Part shown: positions 59,084 through 64,000 of the stretch, piece after piece
Layout of the letters: each line of letters starts with the position of its first letter
Position numbering within the stretch: position 1 is the first letter of the stretch
Source of the DNA: Strigamia acuminata
Lineage: Eukaryota
Direction: 5' to 3'
Length of the DNA: 64,000 bases
Assembly (NCBI GenBank): GCA_949358305.1
Contig: OX442314.1
Coordinates: forward strand, 7,750,001-7,814,000
Made by a program: the position numbers and the translations under genes
The notes under the pieces: model-generated
Databases searched by the model: none
Told to the model about the DNA's origin: nothing
Seen by the model: only the letters and a program-made list of their open reading frames with translations

Positions 59084-61698
59084 CTAATTACAATGCGTGA
59101 TTACTTTAAGACTTTGAAGAGTTTGAAGTGACATTTCTCCTTTGATTGCTGCTGTTGGTTCATTGTTTGTGACTTCTGTCATCTGATGTTGTATTGGTTG
59201 ACTGCTGTTAACTTGTGAATTTGCGAACTGTTTTCTTTTTCTTTCGGCTATCTTTTCACGTCGCATTTTCCGAAGAGCTGTGTTCAGGTGGCGAATACGA
59301 ATGAAAGTTCGGGTCCTGACGTATATTTTGATGGCTTTCTTGTGTATATTTGGAAATTTTCCTTCTAGTTCTTGACATAAAGTTGCCATTACGTTGTTGC
59401 AGTGATTGACACATTTTCCATGGAATACTGTGAAATAAAATAAATTATTATAAATTAAGAATAAATGATTTACACACTAAATTAACTTACAGGCAAATGA
59501 TACTTCAAATTGTTCCACTGTAAATATCCAGTCTCTAGATGGTATTAGTAAGTCCCCCCTAGACAGGGCCTGTATACTATTTTCCTTGACAGGTTCTATA
59601 CACTGGTCAGTTGGTGAGTGACAACGAAAAGCAACACAGCCAGCAATAAAACTCGATGCTTCCTTTGCACAATCAATGAACTTGTCATTTTGACAAATCT
59701 GTGCTGCATTACCCACCAGCCCAACATTTTTGTCACCCATGATTTCATTCATTGCATCATCTTCAGTTGTAGTACTGTCTTGTCCACTGTTCACGTCTAG
59801 GCCACCAAACAGGTCATGTGTTAAGAAATTCATCTCATCTTCATTATTCTGGGTTTTATTATTGCCATCTTCATTAATTTGCTCCTGAGAGGCAGATGAA
59901 TTGTTGCAAACTTGTATTTCTCCCCCACACGCGCTCAAAATTAATAGCCTGATATGGTGTCTAAATTCTACAGGTTGGGGATTGTCATTGAGTCCACCCA
60001 ACGACCTTATTCTAGAAAAAAAATTTCCAAGGCAGTCTTGGTTGAGGCGTGAAGTCAGCAGATACTTCCCACCGAGGGCTTTATAATCTTGAAAAAGCCC
60101 GCGAAGTGACTCAATGCTTGTTATCATTCCCTCTTGAAATGGTAAAAGGCGGCCATTTGATCCTACCACCTCCATGAAACGAATTGCTGTCTCCATTCTT
60201 TCTAAAACATAATTTTGGGGGGTGAATGCCTTTCCAAATGCACATTTCGTGAATTCCTTTTCAACTACTGGTATCCGTGAATTTAAAACATTAAATCCAT
60301 AGCCAATTGTTTCGAAAAATGCTGAAGCTTCTCTATTCTTGAAAAGGTAATACAAATCATTTGCGGTTCTCTCGGAGAATAACTGTGCAGCCAATCTCAC
60401 ATTTTGACGCCCTCTCCCTGTAACATTAAAATGGACTTGACTGAGATGATATGGTACTCTCGCATCTCTGTCTTGATTAAGTAATGCATTCATCACATTG
60501 CCCTTATTTATTACTGTTCCTTCCTTTAGTTTGAAGCCTTGATCCAAGAAATGATTTCTCAACAACTTCAGTAAATGTGGTATGTCATAAAATACCCAAA
60601 TGTTTCGATTGTCGTCCACGGGATTCTTAAAAAAGGTTTTCGATAACGTGATATCGCATTCATTCCAAACTTTCTTATTCTTCCCTCCCATGTTGTTTAC
60701 AACAGCAACAACTTTCAATCCCATCTTCTCAATTGCAACAATGATTTCAAAAAGAAGGTCCTTAGTCATGGTCACGTCGAAATCGTAGTAAACAGGCTGT
60801 TTCCAACTTTGTTCTAGTCCTCGTGCCATCACCACCTGAACGTTGCTGTGAGGCCCAACAATTCGATCAAAGGTCGAATCGTAACAAACTCTGGAGTCGA
60901 TATTCATTTCGCCAAATGACAGAACGCATAGGCGTTCACGATATGTGAAGTTGGTGGTTCGAGGCTGTAACACCTTTAAAATATTGAATATTTTAAAATT
61001 AAAATTAAACTTTTTACATTAAAATTTAAATATTAAAATACCTTTAATACTTCATGTAAAATGCCAGGTTTACATGAAAAATTTCTAATCCACTGTGTTA
61101 AAGTTGTTATTCCAGGTAATGGGTAGCCCTTGCGGCGAAAATGTTCATAACTTCTCCATGACACTGCCCTGTCTGTTAATGCGGATGCAATATCTTCATT
61201 TGACCAGTGTACCCTTTTTGCATTCTTCTTGCGAGGACTTTTCAAGATATGTCGGACTTGCCCAGGGGTAAAAATAGTGTTTAACTTTTTCTGTAGTCTT
61301 TTGAATTTTCTTGAATGCTCATTTTTCAATCTGGCTTCCAGCAACTTTTTTTCTTTCTCCATGGATTTAATTTTTTTTTGCATTTTTGCATAATTTCTGG
61401 AGGCTGTTGTTCTTGCTGTTCGAACCAAGTTCTTCAACAACTTTATTTCCTTTTCCTGCTTGAGAACTATATTTTTATTGTCAACAAAATCCGTTTCTGC
61501 GGCCTGAACATAATGAGTTTTCTTTGGTGAGATCTTATTAACGATGATACGTCTTTGTTTGTTTTCAGTTCGTAATTTATAACGCTTCTGTCGTCCACTT
61601 TCTTCTAAGTGTCCAAGTCCATCATCGTCCATTGGTAAATCATCTTTGCCAAGGTTTACATTAGGAACAGCAGTTGATACGTGATAAACCATGTCTCC
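59084..61698 (-). CDS. P-element/THAP9-family transposase-like gene (spliced; THAP exon not seen)
   Basis: Exons approx. 61698-61042, 60974-59490 and 59428-59084 with GT-AG introns. Motifs YEHFRRKGYPLPGITTL, CVLSFGEM, SWKQPVYYDFD, YDIPHLLKLLRNH, QNVRLAAQLFS, LLTSRLNQDCLGNFFSRIRSLGG, RTRTFIRI. Confidence 0.85.
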
Positions 61699-61739
61699 TA
61701 AAAAATTATATATAATTATATATATATATAAAAATTATA

Positions 61740-62562
61740 GGGCAGTGTCCAAAATTGCGATGGCCAGATTTGCGATCGCTAAAATTGCGATTCCAAATTT
61801 GCGCCGACTAAATACGCGACCTCCCAAATTTGCGACGCATATTACGACTAAATCGCTCCCAACAATGCGACCTCCCAAATTTGCGACGAATAAAAATGCG
61901 CACGATAATTGATCAAGCTCCCAACAATGACACATCCCAAATTTGCGACGTAGACTAAAAATGATCGAAATTGAACAAAATAAATAACTGAAAATTATTG
62001 GAATTGAACAAAAAAATGACTGAAAATGATCAAAATTAAACAAAAAAAGACTGAAAATGAACAGATTTGAATAAAAAACCATCCAAAAACCACCAAAAAA
62101 ACGACCAATAATGACCCAAAACATGCTGAAAACGACAAGAAGCGTGCCCGGGTTGAGACAACTGTTGGTGGCATTCGATGCGACACTGCCCCGGTCAATC
62201 AGTGCAAGAAACGTAAACATTACCAGCCGCAGCAGCACGAGGCGGCCATGGCCGAGTCGGTACCCAAACACCGTCGACTCGAGCGCGAAGTTCTTTGGAA
62301 GCAGCTTGGGGGGTTTCAGGTGCAACTCGTGCAGATGCCGCAGAGACACTTTGAGCTGTTCGAGACTAAGACGTTCGACTCGGGTGGCTTGAACATCCAC
62401 AAATTTGGAACCATCGCAAATTTGGAACCATCGCAAATTTGGGATCATTTCTTATTAAAATAAACTAAATATTTTTAATTCGTCGCAATTTAAAAACGTC
62501 GCAATTTTGGGAGCAATTTTAGTGATCGCAAATTTGGCCATGGTAAATGTGGTCCCACACCT
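61740..62562. mobile_element. Non-autonomous TIR (MULE-like) element with GC-rich internal fragment
   Basis: Left atggccagatttgcgatcgctaaaattgc is mirrored by right gcaattttagtgatcgcaaatttggccat, with oppositely oriented aaatttgcga repeats. No TSD found. Confidence 0.6.
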
Positions 62563-64000
62563 TTGAATTCTGGGTTTTGAATAAATGTTTTAATGTAAAG
62601 TAAAGTGTTGTTTGAATAAAGTTGTAATGGAAATAGAAATTAAAGGAAAGCGAAGAAAGTTTTATCGTTATTTTTCTGTTTTGTTTGTGTTTCATTTGTG
62701 AATGAGGACTGGCGTAAACTGTGTTCAAATGTGTGGTGGGAGAAGTGTGATGAAAGAATTAAATTGTTATGTTTTCTTATTTCTGTGTTTGAGATTAAAA
62801 ATATATATCGGGATATCATGTTCTGTTTTAAGATAAAATTTACTACGTGTTTGTTTGATGTTCTTTGACTTATTTAAGACTATTTTTGGCATAAAAATTG
62901 ATAAAAAATAAAATATAAATTTTTGCATAAAGTATTTTCATTTGTGTTAGTCTCTTCCTGTGGAATTTAATTTATACAGTTGTGCAATAAAAAATATAAG
63001 AATTATGAAAATTTTTTTAAAGATATTTTTATACTTCAATCAAAATACATTTCAGTTTATGGACTAAGTCAATCCATTTAATCAAAATTAACGGCAAATT
63101 TAGTCGAAAAATGATAGATTATGTCGTTATTAATACATTTTTTCACTAAATTTTATTTAAAAATTCTATTTCGCATGAAATTTTTGATATATTATTTGAT
63201 TTTAATTGAACTAGAATTAGCCATTTTACCGTGTCGCCATCTATCGACAGAATAAAAAGCTCAATAACGAGCTCAAAATTAAAATTTAGTAAACTATAAT
63301 TCACTACAAAACATCGAAAGAAAATATTCTACACTCGTCCGAGACTAAATTGGTCAAAATAAAATAAATAATCATTTTGTGTTTTATTAATTTGGTTTGA
63401 ATTTAACAATATAAAGTGTATTTTCAGAGTGTTTTGTCATTTTTTTTTGTTTTTTGTTTTAAAGTATTGCATTGGTTTAGATTTTTGAGTGCATGAGTGT
63501 CATTTTCAAGTTATTTTCATAGACATTTATTATGTTTGGTGTTTGTTAGATGTTTGATTTGATGATTTGATTTGTGTATGTGTTTTTGATTTTTAAGATT
63601 GTTTTGTGACTATTCAGGGGCAAGTTTACTGACCCTTTGGTCACATGGTAATCGGAATGTGGGGGATTAAATCTCACCCTTTTTACCTCTTTTGTCTATG
63701 AATAATGAGTTAGCAGTAGGTTTTTACAACTCATCTGTATGTACAACCTTGAATCGGTCTGTACGAGGTGGCTTCACTGCGAAGCACCTTGCTTTTGGTT
63801 GCTAGGCAACGGAACGACAAAATGTCTGCTGTTTATTCAGGATAAGATTATTAATTGTATAAATAATTATATTTAAAACAAACAAACAAAATTCTTGAAA
63901 AATAAGACCTAGTTTTAACAGGTCCAGAGATAGACTGTCGAGAGAATGCTAACCCATCATTTTTTGTTCATAAGTTGCTTTGTTTACTTATTTACTTATC

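Noticed and set aside
61735..62448. 237-aa minus-strand ORF as the missing 5' (THAP) exon of the P transposase
   Set aside because: No C2CH THAP signature; it is composed of TIR-element repeats and low-complexity sequence.

Overview
AT-rich, intron-containing animal (probably arthropod-like invertebrate) genomic DNA, not prokaryotic. Bases 1-32.4 kb hold a tandem cluster of four DEG/ENaC (pickpocket/ASIC-type) channel genes: one 5'-truncated by the window edge and three complete 11-exon models of about 800 aa. Each complete gene encodes TWO DEG/ENaC subunits fused head-to-tail (TM1-ECD-TM2-linker-TM1-ECD-TM2), and the intron phase pattern 0-1-0-0-2 repeats once per half. This natural concatemer is the main candidate for an undescribed system. 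The cluster is peppered with MITEs, a Tc1 remnant, a MULE remnant and an internally deleted Gypsy element. Next is a young LTR element (820-bp near-identical LTRs, 4-bp TSD, tRNA-Pro-like PBS) carrying one intact ~1700-aa ORF with no recognisable RT. A compact housekeeping block follows: MCFD2 (duplicated alternative last exons), ECH1, EFCAB2/DRC8 and an hnRNP U/UL1 gene hosting intronic box C/D snoRNAs. The window ends with a spliced P-element/THAP9-type transposase in which all three catalytic acidic residues appear substituted. Gene models were assembled by eye from GT-AG sites and frame continuity; no database searches were run.
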